Source of the DNA: a bacterium
GTDB lineage: Bacteria > SZUA-182 > DTGQ01
Direction: 5' to 3'
NCBI GenBank assembly: GCA_040752695.1
Contig: JBFMGO010000069.1
Coordinates: 1 to 32,522, forward strand
Length of the DNA: 32,522 nucleotides
The notes beneath the pieces are model-generated. The model was not told where the DNA came from and made no database searches. It saw nothing but the letters and a program-made list of their open reading frames with translations. The translations under genes were made by a program, and so were the position numbers. Shown piece by piece: positions 17,320 through 29,300 of the stretch (position 1 is the stretch's first letter; each line of letters begins with the position of its first letter).

Positions 17320-20300
17320 TTGGAGATTCATTTTCTGGAGATCCATAGTTACGAAAGTCACAAGGAAAAACATGAATACCAAGGGACGGGAAAAATGGTG
17401 AATGAAAAAATGAGAATCATCCAGGTAGAGAATTATCTTGCAGCCATAATCGCATCTAAAACAGGCAGCACACCTGAGGGAATCAGTAGAGAAGAATCCT
17501 TTTTCTCTTTAGGGATAGATTCGATTATCTTGCAGGAAATCATGGGTGAGTTGGGTAAGAAGTACGACCATCTGCCACCTACACTGCTGTTCGAATATCC
17601 GAATATTCAGGAACTTGCAGAACACCTGGCAGGGCAATCAGTTGAAGATGCTTCAGAATTTAACGAGGATGAGCCTCTTTTTCAGGACAGCCAAAGGGGA
17701 GTATCCATGCAGCCCAAGGAGCCCTCACAGTCTCAACCCCTGAGGCCCGGCGCGCCGCTGCAGGCTCAGGAGACCCTGCAGGCTGAGAAGAACAATGTAC
17801 TGCAAAACAGCCAAGAAGGAGTTCCTGTGGAAAAGGAACCGCCTTTAGTCCCTCCGCCGGACTCCTTAAAAAAAGGGGAGTCAGTTACCCCTGTCTCTCA
17901 GGTTGAAGAAATTTCATTGTTCCCGTCCGATACTTTTTCCCCTGGTGATTCAAATACTTTTTCCCCTGGTGACTCAAGGGATGCCAGCAGCTTCCCTCAG
18001 GGTGATTTAAAGAACACGGTTTCTCCCGTGTCCGCACGGGGAAACCAAACGAAAGAGCCATTGTCCTCATCCCACCAGCCGTCTATCCAGATGGGAGGGG
18101 TCACTCGCCAGCAGGGGTATGAAATCGCTGTTATCGGCATGAGTGGACGATTTCCCAAGTCTCCCACCATCGATGCATTCTGGCAAAATTTGATCGAAGG
18201 CAGAGACTGCATTGAGGAGATTCCCAAAAGCCGCTGGGAGCATGACCGGTATTTTGATCCAGATCCGGCAAAACCGAACAGGTCTTATGGCAAGTGGGGC
18301 GGATTTATCGAGGATATAGATAAATTCGATCCGCTCTTCTTCGCTATTTCACCCCAGGAGGCTGAGCAGATGGACCCCCAGCAGCGGCTGCTTTTAGAGT
18401 GCGTATGGGAAACCATGGAACATGCGGGCTATGGAAACCGAAGCCAGTATAAGGACAAGGTTGTCGGCCTCTTTGCCGGTGCCATGTGGAATGAGTACTC
18501 ACTTATTGCCAATCAAGGTGGCTTTTTGAAAGACCTCTACTGCGGACCGGGTTCGCTCTACTGGGCTATTGCCAACCGTATTTCATATATTATGGATTTT
18601 AAAGGGCCCAGCATTTTGCTCGATACGGCCTGTTCATCCTCTCTCACAGCGGTACATTTAGCCTGTCAAAGCATTCTGAGCGGCGACTGTGATATGGCCA
18701 TTGCCGGCGGCGTTAACCTGTCGTTCCACCCAAGTAAATACGTTTATCTGAGCCAGGCCGGGTTTCTCTCCAAGGATGGAAGATGCAGAAGCTTCGGTAT
18801 CAACGGCACCGGATATGTGCCTGGTGAAGGGGTGGGAGCCGTTCTCTTGAAGCCCCTCGATAAGGCTCTCAAGGACAAAGACCATATCTATGGAATCGTT
18901 CGAGGTTCTTCGATGAATCATGGAGGGAAGGCAGCAGGCTTTACCGTGCCCAATCCAGAGGCGCAAGCCCGCCTTATTATCAAAGCCTTCGAGCGGGCCA
19001 ATATCTCACCTGAACAAATCGGATATATAGAATGCCACGGGACCGGGACATCTTTGGGAGATCCTATTGAAATTAAGGGCCTTACCAGGGCGTTTAAAAA
19101 ATATACCAACAAAAGGCAATTCTGTGCCATCGGATCTGTCAAGTCAAACGTGGGACATCTGGAGGCAGCAGCGGGGGTGGCCGCCTTAATCAAGGTATTG
19201 CTCTCTATGGAGTATAACAAAATACCCAAGAGTATCCATAGCGAAATAAAAAATCCCAATATCAATTTCGAGGAGACTCCCTTCTATGTGGTCAATGAAC
19301 AAAAAAAATGGATATCCACTCCCTCAAGGCCCAGACTGGCAGGAATCAGCTCTTTCGGGGCAGGGGGCTCTAATACACACCTTATCGTAGAATCTTTCGA
19401 AGGGAAAAAGGCCGGCACCTCCAGAAGTACCTATAGCGTATACGCAGGGCCCCAAAGGCAGGACCCCCAGATTATTGTGCTCTCCGCCAGAAAAGAGGAC
19501 AGGCTGAAAGCTTACGCCGCTAAGTTAGTCGAGTTCCTGGAAAAAGGGGACCCGGCCCTTTACGCCAGCGGCCAGGCTGGAAGCTGGCAGTCCCCGACCC
19601 TTTCCGAAATTGCCTACACCCTGCAGGTCGGACGGGAGGCGAAAGAAGAACGGATAGCCCTGGTAGTATCGAGCATGGAGGAACTGCGTGAAAAATTAAC
19701 GCACTATGGCCAGGGAGCAAAAGACATTAAGGGTTTTTATAAAGGGAACATAAGAGCGAATAAACAGGGTGTAGAGTCTTTGGTTGATGGAGAGGAAGGA
19801 CGGGAATTTTTAAAGGTTATCGTTAAAAACAAAAAGCTCGACAAACTCGCCCAGTTGTGGGTATCAGGAGTGTTCATAGACTGGAGCCTGTTGTATTCCG
19901 ACCAGATCCCCTGCCGGACTGCGCTGCCCACTTATCCCTTCGCCAGGGACCGGTACTGGATTCCGGATTCTGACCCCATCACTATTACAGCCACAACAAT
20001 AACTCCTCCTCCTTCCTCTATTACTCCTGCCGGTAATGGCATCGGGAGTAAACAATGCCTGGCGGCCAAACTTCATCCCTTGATCGGTCAAAATATCTCT
20101 ACCTTAAAGGAACAAAAATTTTCAACGCTCCTGACCGGAGATGAATTTTTTCTCGAAGATCATGTGGTAAATAATCAAAAAATGCTGCCGGGGGTTGCCG
20201 TTCTGGAAATGGCGCGGGCAGCAGCCGAGATTGCCGGAGAAAGGAAGGTTCAGAAGCTGAAGGATATTGTCTGGACCAGGCCTGTTACGGTGGGTAAAAC

Positions 20301-23300
20301 CCCGCAACTGGTGTATGCCTGCCTGCATACTCAGGGTCATACCGGCAGCCATGGCGGAATGGTAGCGTATGAGGTTATTACCGATGAGGAAGATAACCAG
20401 AGAATATCTCACGCTCAAGGGAAAATCATCTATGAAAGCCAGGAGAACACTCGTGAAAGCCAGGGGAACACCCATCAGGATGTGGTCAACATCGAGGAAG
20501 TTAAAAAAAGATGTACGGATATAAAGGACAGCACTGCGTGCTACAGGCTCTTTCGGACCAAGGGCTTTGCGTACGGACCGCGGTTTCAGGCAATTCAAAA
20601 GCTGTGGAGCACGGGAACCGAGGCGCTCTCTTTTCTCGTCCTGCCACTGGATTCATCGCACGGTGCAGATGGATTCCATGATTTTGAACTACACCCCTCA
20701 CTGATGGATGGGGCACTGCAAACGGTGATCGGGCTTTTGGGCGCGAATGATGCTGACAGCATCTATCTGCCCTTTGCCCTGGGTGAAGTTGAGCTTATAC
20801 GACCTTTGGTAAGCCCATGCTATGCCTATGGAGCCATGATCGGGGACCGGAATGCAGTGAATACAGCCAGCTCGCGGGTAAAAAGTTTCAACATCCTGAT
20901 TGTGGATGAGGCCGGGCACGTACTGGTAAGAATCAAGGACTTTTCCCTGAGGGCACTTTCGATGCACCTCAAAGAGGGGGTTCCTTTCACCGGGCAGGAA
21001 ACTTCCGGGCACCGGAATACGCAAATACTCTCCTACCGTCCTGTATGGGAAAAATTAGAATCAGGTATCAGATCCCTTGACCGGGAACAGTCCGGGCATA
21101 TCCTCATTTTCGATACCAATGAGGAGGTATATGATGCCTTCAGGAATAAGCTGGCTGTCAGGGAAGACGGCAGGGTCCAGGTTACGCTGGTAAAACCGGG
21201 AGCGGGCTTCAAGGATTTGGGCAATGACGCTTTGGGTGACCATGTCTATAAGATCAATCCTGGTCAGAAAGGCGATTATGTGCAGTTGCTGGAAGTCCTG
21301 AAAGGGAAAAACCTCATGCCAGGTAGTATCATTTATTTATGGTCACAGGAGAATTTTTCCAGCAACGCCGAAATTTTATCTTTCCTGCTTGAAAGAGGGA
21401 TTTATTCGCTCTTTTTCCTTACTCAGGCACTCATGGAACAAAAATCAAAAGGCAAGATAAGGATACTGTGTGCCTATACAGCTTCTTCAGATCAACCGCA
21501 GCCCCAGTATGCCGCCTTTTCCGGGTTTGCCAGGACGGTTTGCCGGGAGAATCCCAGATTCAGTTATAAGATCATAGAAATTCAAACGCTCTCTCTGGCA
21601 CAATCAGCCCCGTTTTCTCCTCGATCGGCCAGCCGACCGGAAGCGGCCTTTACCACAGCTTTGACCGTATCCCGAAAAGTGGACCTTTTGTTGCGTGAGG
21701 TACAGGCCGGGGTTGAAGATGAAGGTACGCTTGAGATCCGCTACGATGAGAGTGGGCAACGGTGGGTAAAGGTCCTGCGGGAATTTGATTTAGAGGAGGA
21801 ATCAGCGGCCGGTAAAATGACGTATACCTTTGGCGGCCTGGAAGCTGGCTCCACCATCACCCTCAAAAACAGGGGGGTATATGTGATCACCGGCGGTGCA
21901 GGCGGCCTGGGATTCATCTTTGCAGAATACCTGGCCAGAGCGGTGAAAGCACGGCTTTTACTCTCAGGCCGTTCGGACCTTACTTTTAAGAAGGAGGCGA
22001 AAATAAAGGAGCTCAAAGCCTCAGGATCAGAGGTGGTTTATATAAAAGCTGATATTGCAAGACTCGAAGATGCAAGGATGCTAATCGCCGAAGCCAAGGC
22101 CCGGTTTGGGAAAATAAACGGGATTATCCATTGTGCAGGAGTGGTCAGAGATTCCCTGCTGGTGCGGAAAACCAAAGAGGAGATGGATGCAGTATTAGCC
22201 CCCAAAGTGTTTGGCACCGTGTATCTGGATGAAGCGAGCGGGAGTGAGAACCTTGACTTTTTCGTGCTCTTTTCGTCGATTACCGCAGTGATGGGAAATC
22301 AGGGGCAATGTGATTATGCCTATGGAAACAGCTTTATGGATGCCTTTGCTGCCATGAGGGAAGGCTTGCGGAATAAAGGGATTCGATCCGGCAAGGCCTT
22401 ATCGATCAACTGGCCGCTGTGGAAAGAAGGCGGGATGAGGGTTGATGAGCAGACAGAGGAATTTTTAGCCAAAACCACAGGAATGAGGGCGCTTTCAACC
22501 AAAGCAGGACTTTCAGCCTTCGTGAAGGGGTTAACTCTGTCAGACAGCCAGTTTGTCGTTACAGAGGGAGATCGCCAAAAACTGGCCAGGACACTGGGAG
22601 TGGCTGAATCCCCTGCACTACACGCATCAATGGTGAGGGAGGTGAGTACCATCCAATCACCTGGAGGAATTTCCGGAGAGCCGGCACAAGAAAGGAAGAA
22701 AGAAGCAGGGTTACTTCCCGGAATTCAGAAGGATGTCATACAGATCGTCTCCGATATTTTACGGGTGGACCGGGATGAGGTTCATTTAGATGAGGATATG
22801 AGTGACTATGGATTCGACTCGATTTCCTATACGGTGTTTGCCAACCGGATCAACGAAAAGTTCAATCTGGAGATCACACCGGCAATTTTCTTCGAGCATC
22901 CGACCATAGGCTCGTTTACCGCTTATCTGTGCCACGAGTACCAGGACAGTTTCCTGCGTCATCATCATCTCGATGGTGCTGCACATGACAGTACGGCGGG
23001 TATTGTAGAGAGCGACTTGAGGGATACTGCCGAGAGCTCCCTGAAGGACACGGCACAGGAATGGAGTGCTGACGAGCGGTTTTTCGAGGAAGCGTCCATT
23101 GAAGAATCTTCTTTTGGGCAAGCGCCTTACGAGGAATGGCGATTTGGAAAAGATCCAGAAAGAGGTGAGGGAGTCAGGCAGTTTCTTTCATCGCAGGAGA
23201 AAGCAGGACAGGTAGAGAACGGCCAGGCAAAGGCAACTGAACCTGAAGCCATAGCCATCATCGGCATGAGTGGTGTAATGCCTCAGTCAGAGGATCTGGA

Positions 23301-26300
23301 AGCTTTCTGGAAGAATCTGGAAGAAGGGAAAGACCTGATAACGGAAATCCCCAGGGATCGGTGGGAGTGGGAAAAATATTATGGAGATCCAAACTCCGAA
23401 GTGAATAAAACCAGGGTCAAATGGGGCGGGTTCATGAAAGAGGTGGATAAATTCGATGCCCTTTTCTTTGGTATCTCGCCTCGAGAAGCGGAATTAATGG
23501 ATCCCCAGCAGCGAATCTTTTTGGAAACCGTATGGAAAACCATCGAGGATGCAGGCTATAAACCATCGGATTTTTCAGGAACCAAAACAGGGGTATTTGT
23601 CGGCGCTGCAACCACGGATTACCATGAGCTTCTTGCAGGGTCGCCCAATTCCGGCGGGGCGCAGGCATCGCCCTACAGCTATCGCATTGAAGCCCATACC
23701 TCGACAGGAAGGTTTCACTCGATCACGGCCAACCGGATATCGTATCTGTTGAACCTCCACGGTCCCAGTGAGCCGGTAGACACCGCCTGCTCGAGCTCAT
23801 TGGTCGCTCTTCATCGCGCAGTCCAATCTCTCAGGAGCAAAGATTGTGATGCAGCAATTGTTGGCGGCGTTAATGTAATACTGACCCCCACCTTGTATAT
23901 CTCTTTCAGCAAAGCAGGGATGCTGTCCGAGGATGGACGATGCAAGACCTTTGATAAAAAGGCCAATGGCTATGTGCGGGGAGAAGGCGCAGGCGCTCTT
24001 TTATTGAAGCCTTTGAGCAAAGCCGAGGCCGACGGGGACCATATTTATGCAGTGATCAGGGCGGTTTCCGAAAATCATGGAGGGCATGCCAATTCCCTCA
24101 CGGCTCCCAATCCGAATGCCCAGGCTGAGCTTATTTCCAGTGCCTATGAGGAAGCGAAAATCGACCCCTCTACCGTGAGTTATATCGAAGCGCACGGCAC
24201 CGGGACGACTCTCGGAGATCCCATCGAAATCAATGGATTAAAGAAAGCCTTCGGAGATCTTTACAAGAAATGGAATAAACCGACACCCAGGGTGCCGCAC
24301 TGCGCACTGGGGACCGTAAAAACCAATATCGGACACCTGGAGACTGCCGCCGGTATCGCCGGTGTCCTCAAAGTGCTTCTGGCCATGAAATATAAAAAAC
24401 TGCCAGCCACGGTGCACTTTCAGGAACTCAATCCCTATATCCAATTGCAGGGGAGCCCTTTTTCTATCGTGAAAGAAACCAGGCCATGGGATTGTCTGCG
24501 GGATGAGAATGGCCAGCCGGTCCCAAGGCGGGCAGGAGTGAGCTCCTTTGGCTTTGGCGGAGCCAATGCCCATGTTGTTCTCGAAGAGTACACAAAAGTG
24601 CTTCCCCGGGAAGACCGCATCGAGAGTCAAACACCTCACATTATCGTTCTTTCAGCCAAAGATAAAGAAAGACTGAAAGTCTATGCGGCAAAAATGGCAG
24701 AGTTCATAAGAAACGCCGTTGCCGGTGAGGCCGCTGCCGGTGCGCCAGGTGTCAATGATCCCGGTGCCGGTGTGCCCAATGATTCCGGCGCCGGCAACGC
24801 GGGTGGCAGCCCTGCCGCTATAGGCACTGCCGGTATCAGCCTTGCCGATGTCGCTTATACTTTGCAGACAGGCCGCGAGGAAATGGAAGAGCGGCTGGCG
24901 GTCGTGGCATCGGACATGGCTGAATTGGCTGATAAGTTAACCCGCTATTGCCGGGAGAGAACCGATCAGGAGGGGACTGATATTGAAAATCTCTTTGTGG
25001 GAAATGTACAACAGGGGAAGGCCAAAAGAGATCTTTTCATAGACGATGATGATCAGGAAGAATTGCTTCACATTCTCATCAAGAATAAAAGACTCGCCAA
25101 ACTCGCCCAACTCTGGGTATCGGGAGTGAAAATAGACTGGAAATCATTCTATCAAACCAGCACCCAGGAAGCACAGGCTCTGCCCTCTTGTCCGCGCCGC
25201 ATATCTCTTCCCACGTACCCCTTTGCCAGAGAGCGGTATTGGATACCGGAAGGTTTGAAAGGTCAGGTTCCTCAAGGTCACGGTCGTGGTGACAACGGGC
25301 ATGACCATGATGATGAAAGGCAAGGGTTACATCCCCTGATCGATAAAATAGTTCCCTCTTTAAGCCTGCACCAGGGGGTTGTCTTTCAGAAAACCCTGCT
25401 CGATACCGATGTGATTGTGCGGGACCATAACGTAAAGGGCCAGGCGGTATTACCCGGCGCAGGATATTTGGAAATGGCCCGTGCTGCTGTGTCTCAAGTT
25501 ATGGATAACCAGAAAATTCGTCCCGGCCTTTCGCAGATAGTATGGCTCAGGCCTCTGGCAGTGCAGGAAGGGAAAAAAGAAGTCCGGATCGTCGTTACCG
25601 GGCGCGATGGAAACGTGCAGTATGAATTTCAAAGCATTGACAATGGCGCTGTGATCGTTCACGCCAAGGGTATGGCATCCTTCGCGCTGCAGACCTCTTC
25701 CAGCAGGACAGAGGGAGACGGTGACCAATGGGTATCCATTGAAGAGATAAAGGCACGGTGTACGCGCCAGATTGCCAAGGAAGCCATTTATTCGCGGTTT
25801 CAACAGACTGGCATGAACTATGGCCCTTATTTCCAGGGTCTCAGCCGGATCTGGTTAAACGATGATGAAGCTCTGGGACATCTCATTATCCCCGGCGGGT
25901 ATGAGAATGAGCTTAAAAAGTATGCTCTTCATCCAGCTCTCATAGATGCGACTCTTCAGACGGTATCAGGATTTTACGAAAAAACACCGCTGACCCTTTT
26001 ACCTTTTGCCATAGATAAAGTAGAAATCCTGCATCCACTTAAAACACAAGGATATGCCTATGTCAAGGCATTCGGTAATCACCGCTTTTCTATGGCTATT
26101 CTGAATGAAACAGGTCTTGTGTGCGTCAAGCTCCACGATGTGGTCATGAGAGAGCTCAAGACGGTTCCGGGTTCGAAAACGGTTCAAGAGCCCGAAACGG
26201 TTCAAGTGCCTGAAGCAGTTCAGGGTCTGAAAGAAGTTCGGGGTCAGGATGACGATGCCAGGGGCCAAAGACCGGAGACCGGCTCCCATCGCCCGGAGCC

Positions 26301-29300
26301 TGAAGACCGGAAAGGTGGTCTTCGGGTCGGCGGCGGCGAGGGAAGTGATTTCTTCTATTGTCCACGATGGGTGGAAAGCCCCTTACCTTCCGCTCAGAAA
26401 GGCGAAGGCATAAAGAACGGCAAGAGCGGTAATAATAATGGCAAAGGCGGCAGGGAAGTAATACTCATCGTGCATCCGCCACAGAGCTTCGGGCTTGGAA
26501 AAGCGCTTTCGGAAGCACATCGCTACGATGAAGTCATCGAAATCGAACTGGGAACCGAAACGGGGCAGCGCAGTGGTAATCAGTGGCAGATCGATGCAAA
26601 AGATCCTTTCGCTTTGGATAGATGCATCGCCCAACTGGCGGACCTCCATTTGACGGATCTTCACTGCATTTACTTTCTTGGTGGCATCCAGGGGCCAAAA
26701 ACGGATGATGATAAGGGTGACGATCTGGATGCCCTGGAACGTGCTCAGGAGCGAGGGGTGATTTCGCTGTTCAGGCTGATCAAGGCTCTTGGCGGGCATA
26801 ACCTTATCCAACCCATTTTGCAATTGAAAGTTATCACCAACGATGTACATCAGATTTCCTCCGAGCAGGTTGTCAATCCTTATGCAGCGAGCTTGTTCGG
26901 TTTTACCAGGGTCATGGTCAGAGAGTATCTGGCGATGGAAGCCAGTTGCATCGATATCAGCCTCCGGGGTATCGGGGATGTCCCCGGAAAAGGGGATGTT
27001 GAGGGCATAAAACCCCTGGTAAAAGCCATTCTTACGGAACCCGGCAGCAGGAAAGGCGAAGAGGTAGCCATCCGGGAAGGAAAACGATATGTACGTACTC
27101 TCGTGCCGATTACTCTTCCTGCCGTTATCGATGCAGGCAAGGCAGCGTTTCGGCATCAGGGAGTTTATGTCATCTTAGGTGGGGCTGGCGGAATAGGGCT
27201 TGAATTATGCCGCTACCTTGCTGAAAACTACCAGGCACATCTGGTGCTGTTAGGGCGGGGTGATCTTGACGACAAACGGAAAGAGAAGATTTCCCGGATC
27301 GAATCGAAAGGGGGAAGGGTACTGTATGTAAGAGCTGACGCCTCAGATTATTCGAGCATGACTGCTGCCATCGAGAAAGCCAGGTCTCGATTCGGAAAAA
27401 TCAATGGAGTAATACATTCTGCGATTGTCCTCAAGGATATGATTCTGGAAAACATGGACGAGGCAAGTTTTCGCATGGCTTTAACTCCCAAGGTGAGAGG
27501 CAGTATGACCCTTTATAAGGCAGTGCAGGGAGAAGCGCTCGATTTCATGATGTTCTTCTCCTCCGCCGTATCCTTTTTCGGAAATATGGGGCAGAGTAAC
27601 TACACCGCGGGATGTACTTTTAAAGATGCCTTTGCACGGTATCTTAACCAAAGGGAAGGTTATCCGGTAAAAACGATCAACTGGGGATTCTGGGGAAGTG
27701 TGGGTGTCGCTGCGGCTTCAGAGGAGTACAAGAGGCGATTGACTGCACTGGGAGCCCAATCCATCGAGCCCGATGAAGGGATGGAAGCTGTACGGCAAGT
27801 CCTTGGCAATCCTGTGGAACAGATTGTGGCTATCAAAGCGCAAGACTTCCTGTTGGAGCGGATAGGAGTTGACCTGCACCACCACATGGTGATTGACGGC
27901 AGCAGCGGAGAAATCACGCTGGAAGAGCGAAAGCAGGGAAAACAGGTCCAGGCCCCCCTCACCCCGGCCACCTTCCCGTCCGAGAGCGGGAGACCCCGGG
28001 GGGGAAGAGGAGCGGAGCCTTCGCAGGCACCGCAAGACACAGCCGGCGGGCAGAAGGATGCGAAAAGGCGGTATATCGAAGAAAAGATCGTGGAGAATAT
28101 CCGTACTTGCCTGGGCATGAGCGCTCAGAAGATAGATTTCGCCAAACCCTTCGCCGAGTACGGCGTAGATTCCATCCTGGGGCTGGAACTGATTGGTAAG
28201 CTCAATATGGTGTTTGGCATAGCACTCAAGACGGCAGTCATTTTCAACCATGCCAACGTGAATGATTTGTCCCGCTATATCTATGATAAATACGGTGAAA
28301 AAATTACCGATGACACACTGCCAAAAGCCAATGCAGGCGAAGAGCCAGCAGCCAATGTAGGCGAAGAGAGGGTAATCAGGACGCCGGAGCAGGCACCTGT
28401 GTCCAAGCCGCCTGCAATGACGACTGCAAACAGCATATTTCAGCCTGCCGCAGAGGCAAAGGATATCAGGCAGGCTGGCGGGGACCGGCAGACCTGCAGG
28501 GACCAGCAGGCTATACAGACCGGCGGGGATCGGCAGGCTACACAGGCAGGCGGGGGTAAGCAGGTCAGAGATGACAGGCAGGCTGGCGGGGACCGGCAGC
28601 AATTCAAAGGTGGTAAACAGGCCGGAGAGGACGGGTATGAGAAGCAGGACAAACAGGGAGAAGAAACAGATATTGGTTTGGGAAGACTGAAATATCAAAC
28701 AAAACCTGTTGTCTGTAAGAATAACCCTTTTACCTTTCATAATATTTTCCTTACCGGGCCTACGGGGATATTAGGCGGTTACCTCATCAAAGAATTGCTG
28801 GAAACAACCACAGCACAGATATATTGCCTGATCCGGGCTCAGGGTATTACTCATGGGCTGGAAAGACTCAGGAAAATATTAATCAGCTATGGCGCACAAG
28901 ACAGGGTACTCGACGCCTTGAATCACAGGGTCGTGCCAATCATCGGTGATGTTTCCAAAGCCAATTTCGGCCTCCTGGAAATGGAATACCTCCATTTGGC
29001 AAATGCAATCGATTGTACGATTCACATAGCTGCATCAACCAATCTTATTATGCCGTATGATTATCTTGCTCCGATCAATGTCCAGGGAGTGAAAAATATT
29101 ATCAATTTTGCTTTGAAAACAAAGCAAAAATATCTGATTCACGTCTCAAGTTACCATGTGATGGCTGATGTGATTTATAGAAGTAATTTTGCCTTTACGG
29201 AGCAACATTTCGATGTGGGACAAAAGTTTGCCAAGATGGGGTATCAGGAAACAAAATTTGAAGGAGAAAGACTGGTACGGGAAGCCTCCCAGAAAGGCTT

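Noticed and set aside
27590..27625. KR3 YTAGC instead of YAAAN as a sign of inactivity
   Set aside because: Catalytic Tyr and the NADPH motif are intact, and YxxGC variants occur in trans-AT KRs.
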